64,000 bases of DNA from Sedimentisphaerales bacterium. GTDB lineage: Bacteria; Planctomycetota; Phycisphaerae; Sedimentisphaerales; Anaerobacaceae. The position numbers were made by a program, and so were the translations under genes. Of this stretch, positions 8,762 through 17,347 are shown one piece after another; the stretch's first letter is position 1, and each line of letters starts with the position of its first letter. The notes beneath the pieces were generated by a model. That model had not been told where the DNA came from. It did no database searches and saw only the letters and a program-made list of their open reading frames with translations. The stretch covers positions 928,001 to 992,000 of the forward strand of contig JAXGYC010000007.1 of the NCBI GenBank assembly GCA_040772485.1, in the 5' to 3' direction.

Positions 8762-11698
8762 ATGAAGAAGTTAGCATTATTGGCACTGTTGGTGTGTCTG
8801 CTGCTGTCGACCGTTTCGATGGCGGGCGTGCTGCGGGAGATCTGGTGGCAGAACCTGGGTATCGAAGAAGCCATCGCGCTGGTCAACAGCGGGACACCGG
8901 CCGACCAGATCGACATCCTGGCCGAGCCGACCTGGGTGGACATCGCCGACAACTACGTCGCGAGGATGAGCGGCTGGCTGACGGTCCCGGCGACCGGTGA
9001 GTACACCTTCTATGTCGCCGGCGACGACTACCAAAGACTGTACGTCAGCCAGGACGACGATCCGGCCAATGCCGTGCTCGTTGCCTTTGTGGATGGCTGG
9101 ACCGCCTCGCAGGCGTGGACCAGCTACGCCGACCAGAAATCCGAGCCGATGATGCTCGAAGAGGGCCAGGTCCTGGCCATCGTCGGCATCATGCAGGAAG
9201 GCGGCGGCGGCGACGGTCAGGACTGGGGCTGGACCGGCCCTGGATTCGAGGCCATCACCGTGATCCCGGGCGAGTATCTGAGCCATCCGTACGAGACGAT
9301 GGCCGGGAGCCCCTCGCCAGCTTCGGGAGCCACAGGCGTTATTGACGCCGTCCTGAGCTGGGATGCGCCCGCCGTGGGCGAGGACCCTGTGTACGACGTG
9401 TACTTCGGCACCGATGCAGCCGCCCTGGCGCCGATCGCCGAAGGCATCGTGGAGACCGCTGTGGATGCCGGCACGGCTGGAATCGATCTGGACTTCGCGA
9501 CGACCTATTTCTGGCGCGTGGATGCCAGCGGCGTCGAGGGTCAGGTCTGGAGCTTCACCACCGAACCGATGACCTTCGCGGTGCAGAACGTCGTGGCCAC
9601 GAGCAACGGCACTGCCCAGGAAGGGTCCGGACCGGAGAAGACGCTGGACGGCCTGACCTCGATGGAGGCGACCGAGCAGTGGCTGGCCGCTCCGCCCGAG
9701 GGCGAGGCCCTGTGGATTCAGTTCGAGTTCGCACGCGTCTACAAGATGTACGACATGAAGGTCTTCAACTCCAACACGCAGTTTGAGGCCCTGCTGGGCT
9801 ACGGCGCCAAGAGCGTCACCATCGAAACCTCCGCCGACGGCGCCGAATGGGCCGCCTTCGGGGATGTCGAGCTGGCTCAGGCCGCCGAGTCGACCATCGA
9901 TCTGGCCGGCGTCGGCGCCAAGTTTGTCCGTCTGACGATCAATAGCACGTGGGGCGGCCTGTTCCCGGATTCCGGTCTGGCCGAAGTGGCGTTCTCGTAT
10001 GTTCCGGCGCAGGCCCGTCTGGTCGCGCCGGCCAACGGCGCCACGGGCGTGAGCCCCGCCACGGTGCTCGACTGGTATGCCGGCCGTGATGCGGTCTCCA
10101 GCGACGTGACCGTCAACGGCGTGGTGGCCACGGTGGAAGGTAGCAGCTTTGCCGCCGACCTGGTCTACGGCATGCCGTACGTTTGGAGCGTCGATGAGAA
10201 CGACGGCACAGCGGTTTGGGAAGGCGACGAGTGGAGCTTCACAACGGCCGAATTCGTGTCCGTCGCTTCGGATGTGCTCGCCTATGACCCGAACGGCAAC
10301 ACGCTGGAAGTGGCGATGGACGGGGCGGACCTGACGGCTTACGCTCCTGACACGCTGCGCGTAGCCTACAAGGGCCATCCCGTTGACTTCGCAGAAGCAG
10401 ACGGCGTGGTCACCATGAGCGGCGCCGGCACCGACATCTGGAACAACGCGGATCAGTTCCGCTATGCCTACAAGACTCTCAACGGCGACGGCTCGATCAT
10501 CGCTCGCGTCGACAGCATCAGCAACATCACGAACAACTGGACCAAGGCGGGCGTCATGATCCGCCAGAGCACGGCCCCTGGCTCGGCTCACTCGCTGACC
10601 GTGATTACGGGCAATTTCTGGGCCGCCGGCTCCGGCAACGGCGCCTCGTTCCAGGGCCGTCAGGTCGCCGACGGTGGCAGTGTGAACAACGATGCCGCCA
10701 GCGCCGTCGCGCCGCCGTATTATGTCAAGGTCGAGCGCGTTGGCAACATCATCACCGGGTTCATCTCGGCTGATGGTGCCGAGTGGCTGCAGTTGGGTGG
10801 TGACCGTGAAGTCGTGATGGAAGATCCGGTTCTGATCGGCTTGGCTGTGACCAGCCACGACGCCGCCAATACGGTAGTCGCTCAGCTCTCTGAGATCAGC
10901 ACCACGGGCGATGTCACGGGCGAGTGGACTGCCGAGGCAATCGGCATGGCCATGCCTTCGAACGACGCCGCAGGTCTGTATGTGGCGATCGAAGACGCTG
11001 CCGGTGGGGTTGCCACGGTTGTGAACGCTGATCCGGCTGCAACGCAGGCCATCAGCACGCAGAACTGGAACATTCCGCTGGCCAGCCTGGAAGGCGTGGA
11101 TCTGGCGAACGTCGCCAAGATCGTCGTCGGCGCCGGCGCTCCGGATGCTCCGGCTGCCGGTAGCGGTACGGTCAACGTCACGATCAGCTTCGGTACGCCG
11201 CTGAGCCACAATGTGCTCGCCGACGTCACCAGCCCGGCTGACGTGATCGTGGGCGTTCCGAACGACGGCGATTGGCCCGGGGCCGAGACGCCGAATCTGG
11301 CGTTCGACAACAACACCGCAACCAAGTACCTGCACTTCAAGGGTGAAACGGAGCCCACCGGCGTCCAGATTACGCCGGCTGTCGGTGCGACGGTTGTGAC
11401 GGGACTGGCGCTGACCACGGCCAATGACGCCGTGGAACGCGACCCGATCAGCTTCGAGCTCTATGGCTCGAACGAAGGGATCGACGGACCGTACACGCTG
11501 ATCGCCAGCGGCGACGTCGTGGACTTCGCCGGTGAGGTCGCCTGGCCTCGCTTCACCAAGAACGTCACTCCGATCACGTTTGAGAACGAGGTGGCGTACA
11601 CCAACTATCAGATTCTGTTCCCGGCGGTTCGCGATCCAGGCAGCGCCAACAGCATGCAGATCGCCGAGATCGAGCTGATTGGTGTGTCCACGTGGTAA
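8762..11698 (+). CDS. Large secreted acidic multidomain protein (PA14 + Fn3-like repeats + discoidin + DUF1349-like ConA domain + C-terminal beta-sandwich)
   Basis: Signal peptide MKKLALLALLVCLLLS, GAGGAGG SD, PA14 motif (SGWLTVPATGEYTFYVAGDD...QEGGGGD), SP..GAT...YFGTD...YFWRVD...VWSFTT repeats, GTDIWNNADQFRYAYKTLNGDGSIIARV. Confidence 0.8.
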   Translation: MKKLALLALLVCLLLSTVSMAGVLREIWWQNLGIEEAIALVNSGTPADQIDILAEPTWVDIADNYVARMSGWLTVPATGEYTFYVAGDDYQRLYVSQDDDPANAVLVAFVDGWTASQAWTSYADQKSEPMMLEEGQVLAIVGIMQEGGGGDGQDWGWTGPGFEAITVIPGEYLSHPYETMAGSPSPASGATGVIDAVLSWDAPAVGEDPVYDVYFGTDAAALAPIAEGIVETAVDAGTAGIDLDFATTYFWRVDASGVEGQVWSFTTEPMTFAVQNVVATSNGTAQEGSGPEKTLDGLTSMEATEQWLAAPPEGEALWIQFEFARVYKMYDMKVFNSNTQFEALLGYGAKSVTIETSADGAEWAAFGDVELAQAAESTIDLAGVGAKFVRLTINSTWGGLFPDSGLAEVAFSYVPAQARLVAPANGATGVSPATVLDWYAGRDAVSSDVTVNGVVATVEGSSFAADLVYGMPYVWSVDENDGTAVWEGDEWSFTTAEFVSVASDVLAYDPNGNTLEVAMDGADLTAYAPDTLRVAYKGHPVDFAEADGVVTMSGAGTDIWNNADQFRYAYKTLNGDGSIIARVDSISNITNNWTKAGVMIRQSTAPGSAHSLTVITGNFWAAGSGNGASFQGRQVADGGSVNNDAASAVAPPYYVKVERVGNIITGFISADGAEWLQLGGDREVVMEDPVLIGLAVTSHDAANTVVAQLSEISTTGDVTGEWTAEAIGMAMPSNDAAGLYVAIEDAAGGVATVVNADPAATQAISTQNWNIPLASLEGVDLANVAKIVVGAGAPDAPAAGSGTVNVTISFGTPLSHNVLADVTSPADVIVGVPNDGDWPGAETPNLAFDNNTATKYLHFKGETEPTGVQITPAVGATVVTGLALTTANDAVERDPISFELYGSNEGIDGPYTLIASGDVVDFAGEVAWPRFTKNVTPITFENEVAYTNYQILFPAVRDPGSANSMQIAEIELIGVSTW

Positions 11699-11738
11699 CC
11701 GCGTGACCAACACCGTAAGTGCACTTGGCAGCATCCTG

Positions 11739-11771
11739 GGGCCCATGCCAGATGGCATGGGCCCTTCTTTT
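11739..11771 (+). terminator. Rho-independent terminator
   Basis: GGGCCCATGCCA-GA-TGGCATGGGCCC followed by TTCTTTT. Confidence 0.85.
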
Positions 11772-11955
11772 CAGGCCCGGTTCGGCCGTTGGCTCGGTGT
11801 CCATCGGGTCCGGATTTCTATAAAGTCCCCCCCCTGGAAGACCGAAGAAAATCACAGCCGCCCCCACGTATCGGACGGGAGCGTCAGAAACAGGCCAGGT
11901 CCGAGAAAAGCTGGATCGGATCGGCCAAGGACACGGATTATTGACGCATTCTGGC

Positions 11956-11984
11956 TTGAACGCGAAGGTCGCTTATGTTAGACT
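11956..11984 (+). promoter_or_regulatory. sigma70-type promoter TTGAAC-N17-TAGACT
   Basis: Paralogous to 8147-8175; both are followed by ATTCGACC near the predicted TSS. Confidence 0.65.
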
Positions 11985-12328
11985 TGCTTCATTCGACCGG
12001 TGGCATCATCGCATTCGGCAGTCCTGGCATGTCTTTGCTGCGACGCATGTGTCTGGTTTGAGTCGGAGGAGCTGGTCCCACCAGGAACATGATGACACAT
12101 AACCGCTTACAACCACGAGAGTTTCCTGATCAGGGAGGATCTCGTCAGCGGGGAGCAGTTGTTCCCGGCCTAACCCCAGCAAGTGTGGATTCGGGCGTTG
12201 TCGGCCCAAGACATTGATGGGAAGGAGGTGGCAATCGACCGACGGTGAACAGGGAAGGTGCTGCGAGCACTGAATGGGATCGCATTGTATCGTGACGCAA
12301 AATTCCAAATGTACGGGGAGGACCCAAA

Positions 12329-14248
12329 ATGAGAAAAGCAACGTTAATCGCAGTTGTGGCAAGCCTGATGCTGTCGGCGGCGAGTTCCGCTGACGTCTTG
12401 CGGGAGATCTGGTGGCAGAACGTCAGCATCGATGCCGCGATCAACCTGGTCCAGAGCGGCACGCCCGCCGATCAGGTGGACGTTCTGGCCGAGCCGACGT
12501 GGGCGGATATCGCCGACTACTATGTGGCAAGGCTAAGCGGCTATGCCCTGGTGCCGGCCACCGGCGACTACACCTTCTACGTCGCCAGCGACGACTACAG
12601 CAGGCTGTACGTCAGCCAGAACGACAACATGGCCGACGCGGTTCAGGTCGCCTTTGTCGACGGCTGGACCGGCTCGCAGGCCTGGACCTCGAACGCCAGC
12701 CAGAAGTCCGCACCGATGTCGCTGACCGAAGGCCAGCTCATCGCGTTCTACGCGGTCATGCAGGAAGGCAGCGGCGGCGACAACCTCGCTATCGGCGTCG
12801 AAGGCCCGGGGATCGAAGGGATCATCGTGCTGCCGGATGATGTGACCTACGCCACGCATCCGAGCAAGGCCAACAAGCCCAGCCCGGCCGACGGCGCCAC
12901 CGCTGTCGTCAACGCGATGCTGGCCTGGGGCGCTCCGGCTACGATCGAGTCGCCGGTTTACACCGTGTACTTCGGCACCGATGCGGCCGCGCTGCCAGCG
13001 ATTGCCGAAGGCATCACCGACACGTCGGTCGATGCCGGCAGTCTGGCGGCGGGCCTCGAGTTCGAGACCACTTACTACTGGCGTGTTGACACCAACGGAG
13101 AAGCAGGCAGTGTCTGGAGCTTCACCACGCAGCACGGTCGCCCGATCATCACCTCGATCAAAGGCGACGCCGTCGCTCCCGATGGCGATGCCCAGCTGGT
13201 CTGCGAGGCCACCAGCGCCGTTCCGTCGGAACTGAGCTACCAGTGGTACCGAGAGACGGTCATCATGATGGGCTTCGAGCTCAAGGATGTCCCGCTGCCC
13301 GAGGGCGTTGAGGCAACACTCAATATCGCCGGCGCAACCATCGACGACCAGGGGTATTACTACTGCGTCGTGACCAATGAAAACGGCTCGACCACTTCGG
13401 CGATGGCCTTCCTCGATGTCCAGACGGGTCTGATTCACCGCTGGACCTTCGATGAGAGCGCCGATGGCGTGACGATCCCGGACGTGATTGGCGGCGCCGA
13501 TGCCACGCTGATGAACGGCACCGGCAATGCAACGATCGCCGGCGGCCAGGCGACCCTGGGCAACACCGGCTCGCAGAACTCCTCCAGTGCCGCGGCCGGC
13601 GACTACATCGACCTGCCCAACGGCATCATCTCGCCGATGACGCAGATGACCATCGAGTGCTGGACCACCTGGGACGGCACCGATGCCATCTGGCAGCGGG
13701 TCTATGACATGGGCACGGCCAATGGTGGCGAAGACGCTTCCAACGGCGGCGACGCCACGACCTGGTTCTGCGTCTGCCCGGACAACGGCAGCCGCGTGCT
13801 TCAGGTGGAGTACCGTCGTCTTGGCGCGGCCTCCGTGATGCCGGTCAACGACAACGGCAAACTCGCCGCCGGGCAAGAGGTCTTGATCACGCAGGTCCAT
13901 GATGATATCGCCGGCATCGTCAAGGTGTATATCAACGGCACGATCATCGGCGGCTATGCGGCGCCGGCCATGCTCAACGAGATCATCGACAACAACATCT
14001 GGCTGGGGCGTTCGCAGTGGGGCGACCCGCTGTACTGCGGTTCGTTCAACGAACTGCGCATCTATGACACCGCCCTGTCAGCGGCCGAGATCGCGGCCAA
14101 CTACTTGGCCGGTCCCGATGCTATCGCGGAACCCGCCGTGCCCTGCGAGGTGCACGTCGTGGGCGACCGGAACGATGACTGCGTCGTCGACTTCGTCGAT
14201 GCCGCCGTCACCGCTGATGAGTGGCTCGTTCAATCGCTGGCCGACTAA
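12329..14248 (+). CDS. Secreted protein: PA14 + Fn3-like + Ig + LamG-like jellyroll + C-terminal dockerin-like repeat
   Basis: Signal peptide; PA14; Ig (LVCEA...SYQWY...DQGYYYCVVTN); LamG (HRWTFDE...WLGRSQW...NELRIYDTALS); tail GDRNDDCVVDFVDAAVTADEWL. Confidence 0.8.
   Translation: MRKATLIAVVASLMLSAASSADVLREIWWQNVSIDAAINLVQSGTPADQVDVLAEPTWADIADYYVARLSGYALVPATGDYTFYVASDDYSRLYVSQNDNMADAVQVAFVDGWTGSQAWTSNASQKSAPMSLTEGQLIAFYAVMQEGSGGDNLAIGVEGPGIEGIIVLPDDVTYATHPSKANKPSPADGATAVVNAMLAWGAPATIESPVYTVYFGTDAAALPAIAEGITDTSVDAGSLAAGLEFETTYYWRVDTNGEAGSVWSFTTQHGRPIITSIKGDAVAPDGDAQLVCEATSAVPSELSYQWYRETVIMMGFELKDVPLPEGVEATLNIAGATIDDQGYYYCVVTNENGSTTSAMAFLDVQTGLIHRWTFDESADGVTIPDVIGGADATLMNGTGNATIAGGQATLGNTGSQNSSSAAAGDYIDLPNGIISPMTQMTIECWTTWDGTDAIWQRVYDMGTANGGEDASNGGDATTWFCVCPDNGSRVLQVEYRRLGAASVMPVNDNGKLAAGQEVLITQVHDDIAGIVKVYINGTIIGGYAAPAMLNEIIDNNIWLGRSQWGDPLYCGSFNELRIYDTALSAAEIAANYLAGPDAIAEPAVPCEVHVVGDRNDDCVVDFVDAAVTADEWLVQSLAD
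13150..14240 (+). repeat. ~1.1-kb near-identical direct repeat, copy 1 (Ig-LamG-dockerin module)
   Basis: Long identical runs shared with ~15969-17070, e.g. GTGCCCTGCGAGGTGCACGT and TTCGCAGTGGGGCGACCCGCTGTACTGCGG. Confidence 0.85.
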
Positions 14249-14306
14249 CCAGCAAGCGTTCGAACCACGATGCTGTGCCCTGAACAAGGGGCACAGGAAG
14301 AAGATC

Positions 14307-14339
14307 AAGGGCCTGTACCGCATGGTGCAGGCCCTTTTT
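14307..14339 (+). terminator. Rho-independent terminator
   Basis: AAGGGCCTGTACC-GCAT-GGTGCAGGCCCTTTTT. Confidence 0.85.
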
Positions 14340-14939
14340 CGTGCCCGGCGGCGCATCCGCCCAGGCATCGCAGCGCAGTCTGCCCCCCATCCGCGACCAC
14401 AGCCCACAGGTTGTTGCCTGCGATACTCCCGACGCACCCGTGGCCAGCCGGACCCCATGAATGTGCGGACAGTCATGCCCCTTCGCGAAGTGGCTAAAAC
14501 AAAACGCAATAGGGTGTTGTTGGACACCGTAACTCTGTGGCATAATGCTGATTAGACCTGCGGTTTGATACTGTCCCATCTGGCCCATGTGCATAATGCA
14601 GGGGATGACGGGGGTGGGGAGTGTATTGCCTTGTGCGGCGCGCGTTCACGTGCAGCCGGAGCAATGCGCGGCAAGCCACTTTTGCGGTGCCCTGCCTCAG
14701 ACTGGCATAGGGATATCGTGTCCAAGGACGGAGGGAAACCTATGGTGTGTCTTGATGGTCGCTCATGTCGTCCGCACGGCCCCGCCCGGTGACCCTGCCG
14801 GTCCTGCAGCGCGTTTGCCCTGCGCCATCGCAGGAGTGTCCTGATTGTGTCGAGGGGTCCACACGCCAGGGCACACGTAGAGCGTTTCCCGATGGAGGCG
14901 CGTGATGATTTGTCAATGTTCGATAGAAGGAGGCTTGGC

Positions 14940-17084
14940 ATGTGTAGAAAGCGAGTATATCTGATTTGCGTTCTGCTGGTGCTCGGGTCGGCTGCAACAG
15001 GACTGGCCGCCGAACTGGCTCATCGTTGGAGTCTCAACGGTCACCTGAAGGATACGGTGGGAGCTCAGGACGGCGTCATTGTCGACCTGGGGGCAAGAGA
15101 TGCCATCGTATCCGAGAGTGAGATCACCCTAACCGGTGGAGACAAGGGCAGTTCGGACTACATCGATCTGCCGGATGGCGTCCTGAGCAGCCTCGGCGAT
15201 TCGGTAACCATCGAGTGCTGGGCCACGCAACTGTCCGCCCAAAACTGGTCGCGTATCTTCGACTTCGGCACCAGCACGGCGGAAAACCTCTACATGGCGT
15301 GGACGGTGGGGACAGACCTGAACAACGATCGCGTGGAGTGGAATTACCCGAACCTCGGCAAGCTGCTCGACGGCACCAATGCCCCTTACGCGCTGGGAGT
15401 GGAATATCACATTGTCTGCGTGATCGAGCCGGGCACCGTGACCTGGTACACCGCGCCGGCGGATGCCGCCGAGCTGGGGGCGGCCAAAGGCTCGTTTGAG
15501 ACGGAAAACCGCATCTCGACCCTGAACGATGACAACTGCTGGCTCGGCCGCTCGCAGTGGGGCGACAACACCGCCAACGCGAGCTACAACGAATTCCGTC
15601 TCTGGAAGGGTGCAATGACCGCGGACGAAAGGGAACAGTCCCATGCCGCCGGGCCAGTGGCTGCCAACCAAGCCTGGGATCCATCCCCGGCCGACGGCGC
15701 CACAGGCGTGTTCCCTCGTGATCTGATCGTGAGCTGGACACCGACCGCAGACGCGGTTGCCTTCAACATCTATGGCGGCGAAGATCCGTCCGCCCTTCAG
15801 GCCTTCGGTCAAGGTCAGGCAGAAACAAGCTTCTCCGTGGGCGACCTCATTGGCGATCTGACGTTGTCCACCGTTTATTACTGGCGCGTTGATCAGATCG
15901 CGGCCGACGGCGCCGTAACGGAAGGCATCGTCTGGAGCTTCACGACGGATGATGGCCTGCCGGTCGTTACCTCGATCCAGGGCGATGCCGTCGCTCTCGG
16001 CGGCGATGCCCAGTTGGTCTGCGAGGCCTCCAGCGCTGTCGCCCCGGACTTGAGCTACCAGTGGTATCGGGAGACGGTCATCATGATGGGCTTCGAGCTG
16101 CATGATGTGCCGCTGCCCGAAGGCGTAGAGGCAACGCTCAATGTCTCCGGCGTAACAGCCGACGACCAGGGGTATTACTACTGCGTCGTGACCAACGAAA
16201 ACGGCTCGGTCACCTCAGCGATGGCGTTCCTCGATGTGCAGACGGGTCTGATTCACCGCTGGACCTTCGATGAGAGCGCCGACGGCGTTACGATTCCGGA
16301 CGTCGTCGGTGACGCCGATGCGAAACTGATCAACCTCACCGGAAACGCCACCATCGCCGGAGGCCAAGCGACCCTGGGCAACACCGGCTCGCAGGGCAGC
16401 GCGGCCGCAGCGGGCAGCACCGCCAATGGCGACTACATCGATCTGCCGAACGGGCTGATTTCGCCGTTGACCCAGATGACCATCGAGTGCTGGACCACCT
16501 GGAACGGCACCGACGCGATCTGGCAGCGTGTCTTCGACATGGGCACGTCCAACGGCGGCGAGGACACCTCTCCGGCGGGCGACCAGACGACCTTTGTCAT
16601 GGTCTGCCCGGACAACAGCGGTCGCGTGGTCCAGGTCGAGTACCGCAGGCTCGGTGCATCCACCATCCTGCCGATCAACGACAATGGTCCGTTGGCTGCG
16701 GGCGAAGAGGTCCTAATCACGCTGGTGCATGATGATGTGGCCGGAATCGTCAAGTGCTTCATCAACGGCACGATCGTCGGCGCGATGGATGCCCCCGTCA
16801 CGCTGGGAGAGTTCGTCGACAACAACATCTGGCTCGGGCGTTCGCAGTGGGGCGACCCGCTGTACTGCGGCTCGTACAACGAGCTGCGGTGGTATGACAC
16901 CGCGTTGTCGGCGGCCGAGATCGCGGCCAACTATCTGGCCGGTCCCGATGTGGTCGCGGAACCCGCCGTGCCCTGCGAGGTGCACGTGGTGGGCGACCGG
17001 AACGACGACTGCGTCGTCGACTTCATTGATGCCGCCGTCACCGCCGATGAGTGGCTCGTCCAGTCACTCCAGGAAGAGGAGTAA
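14940..17084 (+). CDS. Secreted protein: LamG + Fn3-like + Ig + LamG + dockerin-like repeat
   Basis: AAGGAGG SD before ATG 14940; signal peptide; two LamG domains (HRWSLNG..., HRWTFDE...); C-terminal half nearly identical to 12329..14248. Confidence 0.8.
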   Translation: MCRKRVYLICVLLVLGSAATGLAAELAHRWSLNGHLKDTVGAQDGVIVDLGARDAIVSESEITLTGGDKGSSDYIDLPDGVLSSLGDSVTIECWATQLSAQNWSRIFDFGTSTAENLYMAWTVGTDLNNDRVEWNYPNLGKLLDGTNAPYALGVEYHIVCVIEPGTVTWYTAPADAAELGAAKGSFETENRISTLNDDNCWLGRSQWGDNTANASYNEFRLWKGAMTADEREQSHAAGPVAANQAWDPSPADGATGVFPRDLIVSWTPTADAVAFNIYGGEDPSALQAFGQGQAETSFSVGDLIGDLTLSTVYYWRVDQIAADGAVTEGIVWSFTTDDGLPVVTSIQGDAVALGGDAQLVCEASSAVAPDLSYQWYRETVIMMGFELHDVPLPEGVEATLNVSGVTADDQGYYYCVVTNENGSVTSAMAFLDVQTGLIHRWTFDESADGVTIPDVVGDADAKLINLTGNATIAGGQATLGNTGSQGSAAAAGSTANGDYIDLPNGLISPLTQMTIECWTTWNGTDAIWQRVFDMGTSNGGEDTSPAGDQTTFVMVCPDNSGRVVQVEYRRLGASTILPINDNGPLAAGEEVLITLVHDDVAGIVKCFINGTIVGAMDAPVTLGEFVDNNIWLGRSQWGDPLYCGSYNELRWYDTALSAAEIAANYLAGPDVVAEPAVPCEVHVVGDRNDDCVVDFIDAAVTADEWLVQSLQEEE
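15969..17070 (+). repeat. ~1.1-kb near-identical direct repeat, copy 2
   Basis: Matches ~13150-14240. Confidence 0.85.
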
Positions 17085-17140
17085 TCCGGCACCGCATGGA
17101 TTCCAGCCGTGTCCCGAATCGGGACACATCAAGGAGCTTC

Positions 17141-17173
17141 AGGGCCTGCACCCGACGGTGCAGGCCCTTTCTT
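17141..17173 (+). terminator. Rho-independent terminator (paralogous to 14307-14339)
   Basis: AGGGCCTGCACC-CGAC-GGTGCAGGCCCTTTCTT. Confidence 0.8.
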
Positions 17174-17347
17174 CATGCCGGCTCGACAATCATGGCGGGC
17201 TATTGCCTGTCTGGCTTCCTGCCTGTCGTCCTTTTTTCGGTACTTTTCGCCTCCCTATGGGTATGATATCTGGTCCGGTGGTGCGGCAGCACAGGCTGCC
17301 GGAAGTGTCAGATGCCGGGGGTCATGGCCCAATATGGAGCTGGCTGC

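Noticed and set aside
8777..11758. 993-aa minus-strand ORF and many other long antisense or alternative-frame ORFs (e.g. 24585..26633, 47371..49644, 60757..62610)
   Set aside because: Shadows of GC-rich, codon-biased real genes; no recognisable motifs or SD sites.
13150..17070. Near-identical repeats as a DGR template/variable pair
   Set aside because: No reverse transcriptase in the window, both copies are coding, they are far longer than a TR/VR, and the differences are not adenine-specific.
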